DNA of 63,831 nt, counting the filler, from Octopus bimaculoides (lineage: Eukaryota): assembly GCF_001194135.2 (NCBI RefSeq). It is 6 parts of 6 records of this genome, joined end to end, with 100 filler letters (N's around TTAATTAATTAA, not from the genome) between each part and the next. Parts side by side here need not be neighbours in the genome. Positions count along the whole stretch, not along the records: positions 1 to 17,175 come from NC_069002.1; positions 17,276 to 25,788 come from NC_068987.1; positions 25,889 to 56,159 come from NC_068994.1; 3 more parts are not named here. One strand, written 5' to 3'. This document shows positions 13,605-26,190 of the stretch, piece by piece. The number at the start of each line of letters is the position of its first letter. Within the stretch, counting starts at the first letter, position 1. The position numbers were made by a program, and so were the translations under genes. The notes under the pieces were generated by a model. It saw only the letters and a program-made list of their open reading frames with translations. It made no database searches and had not been told where the DNA came from.

Positions 13605-15180
13605 GAAAGCTGAAATGGGAAGTGCAGACTCCTCTACAGAAAATTAAACAGAAATAGTGGAATAAGAGAGCAAAAGATGCGCAAGAAGCAGCTGATAGAA
13701 ATATCGCCAACTATTGTGCTCTTATATTAAGGTGGATTTTGACCCAGAATCTTCTTCAATAGTTCCAGTGAGAACAGCAAATGTACATTTGCTTTTGACT
13801 GACACCGATTCTATTCACAAGCGGTGGATAGAACAATTTTCTGTACTTTTGAATATACCATCGTCCATTTACATGGGGATGATAGAAAAAAAATCGAAGA
13901 CCTTCCAGTTATAAAGGAGATGGCTTTTGAACTAACTTTATATGACATTTATTTAGCTGTGAATAAGCTGAGTAACAATAAGTTTCCAGGCTCTGATGGA
14001 ATTTGTGCACAGGTCTTGAAATATGCGGTGACAAACTTTTTGAACTCTTGAATATATTGATTTGTCACTGCTGGAGAACTGACGAAGTGCCTCAAGACTG
14101 GATTGGTGTTTTTTTAGTCTCCTTGTATAAATCGGGACCAAAGGATGTGTTCAGTAATTTTCGTGGGATTTCGATTTTGTCTGTAGCTGGATAGGTAGCT
14201 CTCCGTATTCTGTTAGAAAATTTAAATACCTTTATAGTTCCAAATATACTGTCTGAGTCTCAATGTGGTTTTTGCACCCCCAGGAGCACAGTGGATGACA
14301 TCTTTACTATCAGACGATTTCAGGAAAAGTGCATTGAATGCAGTCTTGCTCTATACCATTGTTTTGTTGATTTAAGCAAGGCATTCGATACTGTTATCGA
14401 AATGCTCTGTCGCTAATTCTAAGGAAAATAGGTTGCCAAGAAAAAATTGTAAACATGACTAGGGCTTTGCGTCAATATATGAAGGCTAGAGTTAATTTCG
14501 TTCGTAGGCTCTCTCATTCTTTTTTCCGTGTAAAAGGGAATAAAGCAAAGAGACCTTGATGCACCCATCCTCTTTGCAATATACTTTGCACGTTTTTCAA
14601 AACTCCGAGGAGTGTACTTACATAAGATATCGAAGGACAGGTAATATTTTTAATCTCACCAGATTCAAAACGAAGGTTTTTTCTTCACTCATTAGGAAAC
14701 TCATACGCTGAAAATTGCGATCTTGTTAATCTCTCCGAAATCAGCCTGCAATCCCTTGTATCTGGATTAACTCAGCTTGTGATGAATTGCTTTAACCATC
14801 AACTTGTAAAAACAGTTGTAATGTATCAACCCTGCACGAGGTACAGTTTGCACCCCCACTAAAAGTTTCCTTATGATTAAGTTACTTGAAGTTGTTGACT
14901 CATTCATCTACCTTGGAAGCCCTTTACAAAATGTTTGAAACCTCGAAAGAGAAGTACATCTGCGAATTGGAATAGTAGCACAAGCATTTGAAGGTTTGAA
15001 GTCACTTGTTTGGCGCCAAAGACACATACGTCATAACATAAAATTAGCTCTTTACAAATTGTTTGTCTTACCATTCCAGTGGTATTCTTCTGAAACATGC
15101 ACATGTTATGAAAGACGTTTCAAATTGCTAGAATGATTCCACCAATGATTCCTTCGCTACATTCATATAAACACGGACGG
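13605..15180 (+). mobile_element. Degenerate RTE-clade LINE, RT region
   Basis: Fragments AVNKLSNNKFPGSDGICAQVLK, HCWRTDEVPQDW..LYKSGPKDVFSNFRGISILSVAG, ESQCGF..RSTVDDIFTIRRFQEKC..FVDLSKAFDTV; many stops and frameshifts. Confidence 0.85.
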
Positions 15181-15321
15181 AGAGACAGAGAGTGCAGGTA
15201 AATTATTGTCACTGAAGTAAATTCAAAACAATAAACTAAAAGTGTTATTGATATTTTCTTTATTACTTCGATTCTCTGCTATATAATGTAATCAATATCA
15301 AGCAATATTTTCATTTTGAAA

Positions 15322-15488
15322 GGCGGTGAGCTGGCAGAAACGTTAGCATACCGGGTGGAATGCTTAGCGGTATTTCGTCTGTCTTTATGTTCTGAATTCA
15401 AAGTCCGCCGAGGTCAACTTTGCTTTTTATCCTTTCGGGGTCGGTAAATTAAATACCAGTTGCGTTCTGTGGTCGATCTAATCGACTG
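15322..15488 (+). mobile_element. tRNA-derived SINE inserted within the RTE remnant
   Basis: GGCGGTGAGCTGGCAGAAACGTTAGC...GTTCTGAATTCAAAGTCCGCCGAGGTCAACTTTGC...GGGGTCG; ends at a gap. Confidence 0.8.
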
Positions 15489-15867
15489 NNNNNNNNNNNN
15501 NNNNNNNNNNNNNNNNNNNNNNNNNNNNNNGTGCCTAGATGAGAAAAGAATATTTTCATCTTGATAATGAACAACTTTCGACACAAATACGGAGTTACAG
15601 TAACTGACACAGTTCATGCATAACGTTCGTTTCATTATAGAAAAACAATGCTTTACGGCCAGCTGAAGGAAATTTGAAAATAATTTCAGAAACAATTGTT
15701 CAGAGAATTGTAAGTGAAAAATAATGATCGATGGGATGTTGTACTGCAAATGCTACCACCACCACCACCACCACCAACACCACCAACACCACCACCACCA
15801 CCACCACCACCAGCACTACTACTTCTGCAGCTGCTGCTTCTGATACTACTCTAGACAGCAGCAGTTT

Positions 15868-16340
15868 CTCAACGTCTTTCACATTCGCAATTTAAGATGC
15901 GTTTTGGACATCAAAGTGGACCGACCACATCACCAACGCCGAAGTCCTCAACCGAGTCAAGATACCCAGCACAACCATCTTTCTCCAACAGCGTCGTTTG
16001 CTCTGGTTCGGAAGGATCCCAAAACACCCCCTGTATGGGGAATTGGCTACCGGTATGATGACGACTTCATCTTCGTTTCAAATATGTCTGTAAGAGAGAT
16101 ATGAAGTCGCTTGACCTGGACGTCCTAAGATGGGAGGAGGTTGCAAATGACCGCCCACAATGGGGGCAAGTATTGAGAAAGGGAATGAAGAGAGCCGAAG
16201 AAAAACAGGTACTCGCCATCAAAGTAAAATGCACACGACGGAAGGAAAAATCATCAGCACCGGCAGAGAGATCCTTTAAATGCAGGCGTTGTATGCACAA
16301 CTGCCACTTCCATAGCACAATTCTCGATTTTGACTAGGCC
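15868..16340 (+). mobile_element. RTE LINE 3' end, probably continuing the 13605-15180 element
   Basis: MKSLDLDVLRWEEVANDRPQWGQVLRKGMK...SFKCRRC, resembling an RTE C-terminus with a CxxC motif. Confidence 0.7.
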
Positions 16341-16600
16341 GTCCATCTTCGTATGTTTCAACTATGGGACTACGACGTTTTCTGTATACCACCCAAAGCT
16401 GTTTTTCTCTGCTGGCCAAACCTCTCCCAACCTTTCTTCCGGACATGTATAGCCTATCGGTGTCAATCTTTGGGTGGAAGGCTCCGTGTACTATCAACAT
16501 TTTCCTTGTCTTTGTATCCATGTTCCTTGCATCTCTTTTTTGCAATCTATAATTCCAGCTCCATACCCAAGTGATGCTATTGCTCATCTATTAAACGCTT
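16340..16600 (-). mobile_element. R4/Dong fragment
   Basis: ORF 16276-16587 reads MDTKTRKMLIVHGAFHPKIDTDRLYMSGRKVGRGL, homologous to the 627-1301 segment HPKSDVSRLYVKRKEGGRGL. Confidence 0.7.
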
Positions 16601-16841
16601 GGATGTTATTCCATGCGGTCAATTATTAGTGCAACACCAACCATGATCTTCGGAAATATTAAATCCTCAGTTGCTTTCTCATCTCCTTCTCCGTTATCTC
16701 GTTGAATTCTAGTAAACCAATTTATGATAATTGTAGTCTTCCGTTCCATTTTGCTTAATCAATTTTCTAGTCGGTAATTCAATCCCTGCTAGGGAATGTA
16801 CTTTGTCTTTGAGGTGGATTATTACACACTTTTTAGTCCGA

Positions 16842-16842
<1 letters not shown>

Positions 16843-16910
<68 letters not shown>
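16843..16910. repeat. (TAT)n microsatellite forming the tail/target of the adjacent R4 element
   Basis: Perfect TTA run abutting the element end. Confidence 0.95.
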
Positions 16911-16913
<3 letters not shown>

Positions 16914-17175
16914 TAGTTTTATTTTTATAACGTGCTTTCACTTCACTACCCAGCGCAGCTCTGTGTGCCTTGGGTATGCGCTGTGGTTTGCTGTGATGCT
17001 CTTATGGTTACTGTATTGAAAGTGTTTTGCGTAGGATGTGTGCAGTGCCCAGTAGTACAATTTTCTGTATGTTATATATATTTGTAAGTCCTGGTGTTTT
17101 TGTTATGTATTTGGCTGAATATTTCTTTATTATACCTAAGGCACCTACTATGATAGGAATTGTTTCTGTTTTTAG
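16911..17175 (-). mobile_element. R4/Dong 3' end
   Basis: Minus strand reads LKTETIPIIVGALGIIKKYSAKYITKTPGLTNIYNIQKIVLLGTAHILRKTLSIQ*, then a 3' UTR running into (TAA)n. Confidence 0.8.
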
Positions 17176-17275
17176 NNNNNNNNNNNNNNNNNNNNNNNNN
17201 NNNNNNNNNNNNNNNNNNNTTAATTAATTAANNNNNNNNNNNNNNNNNNNNNNNNNNNNNNNNNNNNNNNNNNNN
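17176..17275. other. Assembly gap pad 44N-TTAATTAATTAA-44N (also at about 25789, 56160, 60994 and 62419)
   Basis: An identical 12-mer with stops in all six frames is centred in 100-bp N pads five times; this is an artificial scaffold join marker. Confidence 0.92.
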
Positions 17276-17332
<57 letters not shown>

Positions 17333-17745
17333 GTGTGTGGTGTCTACGTGCATGAACATATCTATAAGTATTTGTGTTCATGTGTGTATGTGTGTATGTG
17401 TGTGTGTATGTGTGTGTGTATATATATGTATATATATATATGCTTGTATATATATGTGCGTGTGTATATATATGCGTGCGTGTGATTGTGTGTATGCATG
17501 TATGAGTGCGTATAGCTGTACACAAATGTATCTACATATGTGTATGAGCATGTGTGAGTGTATGTACGCGTATGTGTTTGTGTGTATGTATATGTATACG
17601 TGTATATATATATATATATATACATAAACGAGTATGTATACGAATAAGTGTATATATGTGCATATATAGATGTGAGTGTGTCTAGGCTTGTCTATGAATG
17701 TGTTTGTGCGTGTGTATGCGTGTGTGTTGTATGTATGTACGTATG

Positions 17746-17793
<48 letters not shown>

Positions 17794-18309
17794 TGTAAAC
17801 GGGTGTGTGTACAAGAACCTATCTATATGTGCGTACGGGGATGTATTGTCTTTATGAACAACCACTAATGTGTGTGTGTATGTNNNNNNNNNNNNNNNNN
17901 NNNNNNNNNNNNNNNNNNNNNNNNNNNNNNNNNNNNNNNNNNNNNNNNNNNNNNNNNNNNNNNNNNNNNNNNNNNNNNNNNNNNNNNNNNNNNNNNNNNN
18001 NNNNNNNNNNNNNNNNNNNNNNNNNNNNNNNNNNNNNNNNNNNNNNNNNNNNNNNNNNNNNNNNNNNNNNNNNNNNNNNNNNNNNNNNNNNNNNNNNNNN
18101 NNNNNNNNNNNNNNNNNNNNNNNNNACCACCACCACTGCCGCTGATCATGATAGCAAGAGTAAAGATTGTTGGAAAAGGATGATGACGATGACGATTATG
18201 ATGATGATGATGATGATGACGATGACGATGACGACAACGGTGATCGTGATGACGATGAAGTAGATGACGACAATGATCGTTTGATTTCAGTGGTGAAGGC
18301 TGGTGTAGG

Positions 18310-18505
18310 TCCAGCCAAGCCGTTTGGAAATGTTAATTGCAGAAAGTTCGTTCAAGTGTTTGTCCCAATCTCCATAGAGTTTTCCATCTTTGGGATTAGT
18401 TGCCTTCGCTCAATAAACACTCACAACGCCCGGTCTGGGAATCGAAACCGCGGTCCTATGACCGCGAGTCCGCTGCCCTAACCACTGGGCCATTGCGCCT
18501 CCACT
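18310..18505 (-). mobile_element. tRNA-derived SINE (second family), head region
   Basis: Reverse complement GGAGGCGCAATGGCCCAGTGGTTAGGGCAGCGGACTCGCGG...GGTTTCGATTCCC has A- and B-box-like motifs. Confidence 0.75.
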
Positions 18506-18937
18506 CATACATACATACATACATACATACATACATACATGTGTATGCACACGCACAATAACCTACACACATGCGCACAAACAAATAAAAAGAACGCAGT
18601 CTGAACAACGGACAGTAGGTTTCGTCTTCGATGAACCGACTATGGAACAAGTTTTACTGGGATGCATGTTACCAGTAGTACTGAAGAGTTACCTGACTTG
18701 AGTTTCACGTCGCTGCAATCCTCAGCTNNNNNNNNNNNNNNNNNNNNNNNNNNNNNNNNNNNNNNNNNNNNNNNNNNNNNNNNNNNNNNNNNNNNNNNNN
18801 NNNNNNNNNNNNNNNNNNNNNNNNNNNNNNNNNNNNNNNNNNNNNNNNNNNNNNNNNNNNNNNNNNNNNNNNNNNNNNNNNNNNNNNNNNNNNNNNNNNN
18901 NNNNNNNNNNNNNNNNNNNNNNNNNNNNNNNNNNNNN

Positions 18938-18974
<37 letters not shown>

Positions 18975-19049
18975 AACACACACATATACCCACCACACAT
19001 ATTTTATCTTTTACTTGCTTCAATCATTAGATTATGACCATGTTGGGGC

Positions 19050-19203
19050 TGTATTTAAAAGGGCCAGGCTTTTCATATTGAGCAGACTGGAGCAATACGA
19101 AATAGGGGTTCTTGCTCAACAACGCTACGCGCCGCGTGGAGTCGAACTGCCGACCTTACGATTGCAAGCTGAATACCCTAGTTCTTAAGCCGTGCGCCTT
19201 CAC
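19050..19203 (-). mobile_element. Diverged tRNA-derived SINE
   Basis: Reverse complement GAAGGCGCACGGCTTAAG...GGCAGTTCGACTCC...TTGAGCAAGAAC...TTGCTCCAGTC. Confidence 0.55.
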
Positions 19204-20196
19204 TATTGTATTATTCCATTCATATATCACTTCCTAAAGAACAGTCCCCATAGACTTATTACGTCCACTAAGTGGTGAAACAGTAAAAAAAATAGTGTTT
19301 CAAATACTAAGAGTACACGTAATAAGGAGTATATGGTTTCAAAACAGTCAAGTGGGTCCATTCCAATGTAATGAATAAGTATGCAACCGGAGATATTCTA
19401 ATATTGACAGGAACTCTAACCGTTCTTGCAATCGAGATCTTAAAATCACGCCATATGAGCAACTCAAGGATCAAATATTTGGAATTAAAGAGTAATAGGA
19501 TATGAGAGTAAATAAATATACTCACTTGAAATAGCGTTCGTTTAAAATACTGGTCTGTATAATATTCATTATGTGTATACGTAGACGGAATGGTACTAAA
19601 TGAATCCTTTTGACTCAGTGAGATAAGGCAGCGAGCTAGTAGAACCATTAGGACGCCGAGCAAAATGCACAGCGGCATTTCGTCCATTTTTATGTTGCCA
19701 GATGCCAGATTTCGTCTTTCAACCTGATATGGCTTCCTCAGTGACGAATATCCCAGAGGTTCTGATCTAAGCTGAAAATGTTTGTTCAAATATTGAAAGC
19801 GTTAAGCAAAACATTTAACTGCTTGTGCGAAATCTAGCAAGGCTAGAATCAAATTAATATCACGTCTTGAAACACCATAAGAATAACAGTATCAATGTAC
19901 ATACATACATACATACATACATACATACATACATACATACATGCATGCATGCATACATACATACATACATACATACATACATTTTGTGACCACTAAATCC
20001 GCAAGTTTTTTTTATTCTCTCTCTTTATTTTCTCATGTTCCTTTCTGTTGAAGAGAGTAGGCTCGAAACGCAAAAGACTTTCTCACCTTCCCGAGCGCCA
20101 AACTAATACACCTGCTTGTTGTTTATACACCTGTCTTCGTCTTTTGTTTTTCCTGTAAACTTCAACTGCATATATACATACATATACATACATACA

Positions 20197-20230
<34 letters not shown>

Positions 20231-20789
20231 CATATATATANNNNNNNNNNNNNNNNNNNNNNNNNNNNNNNNNNNNNNNNNNNNNNNNNNNNNNNNNNNN
20301 NNNNNNNNNNNNNNNNNNNNNNNNNNNNNNNNNNNNNNNNNNNNNNNNNNNNNNNNNNNNNNNNNNNNNNNNNNNNNNNNNNNNNNNTATATATAAAACA
20401 AAGTAAAGTTGTAAGGTACCGCACGAGTGGAAACATATATGAAAGAAGGTTTGAAAATGCAATTTTAAAGATTTTTATTGACTTGACCGGTTACACTTTT
20501 TCTGTAAAAGATTGTCACAAGTAAAATGTAAAGCTTTGTATAAGCTTTGTTGTATTAAGTACTGGTTATCACAAAAGTATTAAAATACAGTTATAATTCT
20601 TTGATAATGATAAGAAAAAAGAGCCAGTTGATGCGGTGCTCCAGCATGGCAGCACTGAAATAACTGAAACAAGTAAAGGAATAAAGAATAAAAGAATGTC
20701 AGCAAAATAAATTATCATGATTATCAATAAATGAGAAACCGGTAGCAACATCAAAAGCAGGACCGAAGTCCTTATTCTGCTTTCCCTGG

Positions 20790-21130
20790 AAAATGAACGG
20801 CGTGGACCATTATGGGGTACTGAAATAAGGTATGACCATACTTTGACGCTTATTGTCAACAAAATGCGCGCGTAAATGAAATATTACTTTAAAAGTGGCC
20901 AGCTTTGATAAACAGACAAGAAGGAAAGAAGAGGTGTTATGTTCCTGCATGACAATACAAGGGCTCATACTGCAAAAGAAACCCAGGAAAAGATAAGATC
21001 CTCGAGATGAGAAGTTCTCCCACAGTCTTTACATTTACCGAATTTAACACTACTGCCTATCGCTTGTTTCCATCGCTGGAAGCAAGTAAACAGAGATGAT
21101 GTTTCAGAACGATTTGTTAAACATTTGGTT
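20790..21130 (+). mobile_element. mariner transposase catalytic-domain remnant
   Basis: DAYCQQ..RVNE..WPALINR, then GVMFLHDNTRAHTAKETQEKI..EVLP, similar to the mariner HDNARPH...WEVLPHPPYSPDL region; disrupted. Confidence 0.65.
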
Positions 21131-21972
21131 TTTTTGAGAAAGAAAAAAATGAAATAAAGCAAATGAATAAATAAAATTAAAATAAGAAAGATAAAATGAA
21201 ATAATATGAAATAAATAAACATTTTACTTTTCCTGTTGGACGAGAGATGCTGATAATGGTTGTGATTGCGTTACTGGTAAATAGTATTAAACTTAACTAA
21301 CACGTTGCTTTTTCCTCTTAAAAATATATAATTACTTTCCGAACACCCAAATGTAAATACATAACATACGCACACATACACATACACACATGCATACATA
21401 TACAAACACAGACACACTCACGCACACATACGTACACACACACATGTATACCTCTGTATGGATTATTGTTTCCAGCTATCGTTGCCTAATGGTAACAAGA
21501 TACATCAGATAAATACGTTGTGCGCAACGAGAACTCGTAAGCACAATAGCATATCGATAAGGCTCTTGACTAATACACACACTCGCACCCGCACACACAT
21601 ATATAGACACCTCCCTATGTATGTTTGAATGCATGTATGTATATATGTATATATTTAGGTATGTATGTATGTATGTATGCATACACACACATACACACAT
21701 ATACAAACATGTATGCATCCATGTACATAGATATATATGTATGCATGAATGTATAAAGAAATATATACATATCTATATACATCCATATGTATATATGTAT
21801 ATACGTATATAAATATATATATATATATATGTGTATATATATATATGTATGTGTATATATATACATATATATATATGTATGCATATATATATATACATAT
21901 ATATATTCATGTGTGTATATATATACATACATGCATACATACATACATACATACACGCACATGCACACACAC

Positions 21973-22024
<52 letters not shown>

Positions 22025-22907
22025 TGTCCACAAAGCCTGAGTACAAGGAGTAAATAAAATCATAACATAAACAATTAAATATAAGAAATAATAATTTCTA
22101 AAAGTATGTGTTAATCCCCAAGTACCCAAACTTTGTGGACACCTTGTACATATATATGTATATATATATATATATANNNNNNNNNNNNNNNNNNNNNNNN
22201 NNNNNNNNNNNNNNNNNNNNNNNNNNNNNNNNNNNNNNNNNNNNNNNNNNNNNNNNNNNNNNNNNNNNNNNNNNNNNNNNNNNNNNNNNNNNNNNNNNNN
22301 NNNNNNNNNNNNNNNNNNNNNNNNNNNNNNNNNNNNNNNNNNNNNNNNNNNNNNNNNNNNNNNNNNNNNNNNNNNNNNNNNNNNNNNNNNNNNNNNNNNN
22401 NNNNNNNNNNNNNNNNNNNNNNNNNNNNNNNNNNNNNNNNNNNNNNNNNNNNNNNNNNNNNNNNNNNNNNNNNNNNNNNNNNNNNNNNNNNNNNNNNNNN
22501 NNNNNCGTTTCGAGCTACGCTCTTCAACAGAAAGAATACGGAGACAAGGAGAAAAACACGGAGAAAAAAAAATTGAATAGTATATATACATATATATATA
22601 TTTCGTTTTTGGATTTGGTTTGCAAGATTCTTTATGTGAGTTCATGTGTTGATGTATATTCTGTTGTGTCTGGGGAGAGCTATTCTCTTTTCGTGCCTTA
22701 TAATTTAACACACTCACCGGTTCAGTTTCCATTCGTTTCTTTCTTTATTTTTCTAAAATTTTCGTTGCGTCTTGCAACCTTTTCAATAGTTTGACTCTGT
22801 CCGTTGTTCAGACTGCGTTTTTTTATTTATTTGTGCGCATGTGTGTAGGTTATTGTGCGTGTGCATACACATGTATGTATGTATGTATGTATGTATGTAT
22901 GTATGAG

Positions 22908-23290
22908 TGGAGGCGCAATGGCCCCGTGGTTAGGGCAGCGGACTCGCGGTCATAGGACCGCGGTTACGATCCTCAGACTGAGCGTTGTGAGTGTTTATTG
23001 AGCGAAAACACCTAAAGCTCCACAAGGCTTCGGCAGGGGATGGTGGCGAACCCTACTGTACTCTTTCACCACAACTTTCTCTCACTCTTACTTCCTGTTT
23101 CTGTTGTGCCTGTAATTCAAAGGGTCAGCCTTGTCACACTGTGTCACGCTGAATATCCCCGAGAACTACGTTAAGGGTACACGTGTCTGTGGAGTGCTCA
23201 GCCACTTGCACGTCAATTTCACGAGCAGGCTGTTCCGTTGATCGGATCAACTGGAACCCTCGACGTCGTAAGCGACGGAGTGCCAACAAC
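22908..23290 (+). mobile_element. Full-length-like tRNA-derived SINE
   Basis: A-box-like TGGCCCCGTGG, B-box-like GGTTACGATCC, long non-tRNA body and (CAA) tail. Confidence 0.8.
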
Positions 23291-23416
23291 AATGTATGTA
23301 TGTATACATGCAAGTGTGTATGCATGCATATGTATATATGTATGTGTGTACATTTATATGCATGTATTGTGCATATTCATGTGTTTGCGTGACCGTGTTT
23401 GTGTGTTTTTATGTGT

Positions 23417-23470
<54 letters not shown>

Positions 23471-25394
23471 CACTGTTTTCTTGTGTGTGCATGTCTGAGT
23501 GCTTGTGTGTGTGTGTATGGGGTTTTGCAACTATGCACTGTGTTTGTATGTATGGATATGTATCTCCATATGTGTGGACGTGTGTCCCCATATGTGTCCT
23601 TGTGTGAAGTAAAGTGTGTGTGTGTATATATGGCCATATGTTTCTGTCTTCATTTGTGTATGTGTATTTGTCTGTTCATATAACAGATTTGTTTACTTTC
23701 ATATCAATATGCTTACATACATGTATATATACATATATACATACACCCACCCACACACACACACATATATATATATACACACATACACACACGGGCGCGC
23801 ATACTATGATTTAGTCGGTTTATACTGGGGAAGCGTCTTGATATTGATGTCTTTTGGGTAGATTGTCTGTTATTTAGATATAAGTAAGTCTCGACATATT
23901 TATTGCATGGAGAGAAAAACGAATACCCTCTCTCCATCTTTTCTGTCCCTACTATAATGACCGTTGGATCTGGTTGGTTTCATATCTCTTCCATTCAGCC
24001 CCCTCCCCCGCGATTCACTTCTCTCTCTCTACCTCTTCTGCTCCGCCCCGTCACCAACCATTATATCCAATCCTTTCTCCCCAGAACTTCATCTCTCTAG
24101 TGTCTGTTCTCTCCTTATATCTTACCTGCAGGTGTTGACCCGCAATAATTTAAACGAAACCATAACAACATTAAAGTCACTGGTCTTGGAGCGCCTGGAA
24201 ATGTCTTAGACTCAGCAAGTCTGAAAAAAAAAAAAAAGCTAAAAGTGGAGGTAATTCTAGGTAGGTTTTGGCCGGAATTCTGATCTTTTCGGCAAAGCTT
24301 ATCCTTTAGATAGAGAAAAATAGAGATCACTTGTTACCGCCGTATTTTCCACATGATGTTAAATTATTGAGAAGAACCCATGCAACATGTACAGTTACTG
24401 GCGTAAATAGATAGAGCTGCTAACAGATAAACTACAATATAATCCCTGATTATCATCCGATAAATATGATTTAGTTATTACTAACGTATCTAATAAACAA
24501 CATATTATAAAGAGGATAAAATGTATATACTATATGTAGAAAAATCAAGCAGAAAACCACAACGAAATTAGTGATCACTTATACTAGAAGTTTAATTTTT
24601 AACACGTTATGCCAAATAACGTCGGACATCTTTTGCTGTTATTTTGACCTCTTCAGCAAAGCATAGCCATTGGCCGTGCTTGTTAAATTGGTGATGAATG
24701 AATAACTGAAACGAAATTCGAACTCCTGTAATCGATATGTTGTTTTCTTGTCTGTTAAATAGTAAGGTAAACGTCCTGTAATTTGATATGTATATATTTC
24801 GTCAGCTCATTATAAGGTGAATGTCCTAAATATGGTGCGTTATGCTCTGTCGACTCTTACCCAAATGATCGCCCTACTTTTAATACGAACAGAACCCGAA
24901 CCTGTGACGTTGTCTGAGTTATCACTCAACATGCTGAAAAGCGTAGCTAAATCTCTCATCGACTACATATCATGCGTGCTCGTCAAAATAGAGGGTGGGT
25001 TGGATTTTAGACATTAACGTCCGGGCTATGCTTTCTCCGCTTTCTAGATGGGATTGTCACGGCTGGTATTTAGTTGAAGAGCGGTTTGGTTGCTCAGTTT
25101 TGACCTAGTGCTAAACAACAGGAGCAAGCAAAAACCATCAATTAATAAAGAAATCAAATGTATATTTAAAAAAAAGAGAATGATGTAACAACACAAATTA
25201 CAACAATGCCACGACGATAAGAACAATCCCCACCACCACGACCACCACCACCACACACAACAACAGCCACAACAACAATAACAACAACAACATCAACAAC
25301 AACAACCACAACAACATCAACAACAATAACAGCAGCAACTACATCAGCAACATGAGTGCATGAGTGTGTGTGCCTGTGTATTTGTGTGTGTATA

Positions 25395-25448
<54 letters not shown>

Positions 25449-25661
25449 CCCCCCCTCTCTCTCTCTCTCTCTATCTATCTATTTATCTCTCTCTTTCTCG
25501 CTGTATGTATGTATATATATATATGTATATATGTATATATTTATATATATGTATGTATATATATATATATGTATGTATGTATATATATGTATGTATGTGT
25601 ATGTATGTATGTATATATGTATGTATGTATGGATATATATATATGTATGTATGTATGTATA

Positions 25662-25724
<63 letters not shown>

Positions 25725-25740
25725 GTATGTATATATACAT

Positions 25741-25775
<35 letters not shown>

Positions 25776-25888
25776 GGGCATTACTATANNNNNNNNNNNN
25801 NNNNNNNNNNNNNNNNNNNNNNNNNNNNNNNNTTAATTAATTAANNNNNNNNNNNNNNNNNNNNNNNNNNNNNNNNNNNNNNNNNNNN

Positions 25889-26190
25889 GATAGCACCTGT
25901 GCCCAGCATCGCCTTCCTGGCTCCTGTGCAGGTGGCACATAAAATGCACCATTTTGAGCATGGCCGTTGCCAGTACTGCCTGACTGGCCTTCGTACCGGT
26001 GGCATGTAAAAGCACCCACTACACTCTCAGAGTGGCTGGCATTAGGAAGGGCATCCAGCTGTAGAAACTGCCAAATCAGATTGGAGCGTGGTGAAGCCAT
26101 CTGGTTCACCAGTCCTCAGTCAAATCGTCCAACCCATGCTAGCATGGAAAGCAGACGTTAAACGATGATGATGATGATGATGATGATGAT
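25889..26190 (+). mobile_element. SINE/LINE 3' end with (GAT)n tail
   Basis: Ends ...CAACCCATGCTAGCATGGAAAGCAGACGTTAAACGATGATGATG, a retroposon-type simple-repeat tail. Confidence 0.6.

Noticed and set aside
22908-22985. tRNA-like sequence
   Set aside because: It is a SINE head continuing into a long non-tRNA body; I cannot fold a convincing cloverleaf.
17220-25840. Many 60-320 aa ORFs rich in Y/I/C/V/H/T/M
   Set aside because: They are translations of (TA)n, (TG)n and (TATG)n microsatellites and N runs.
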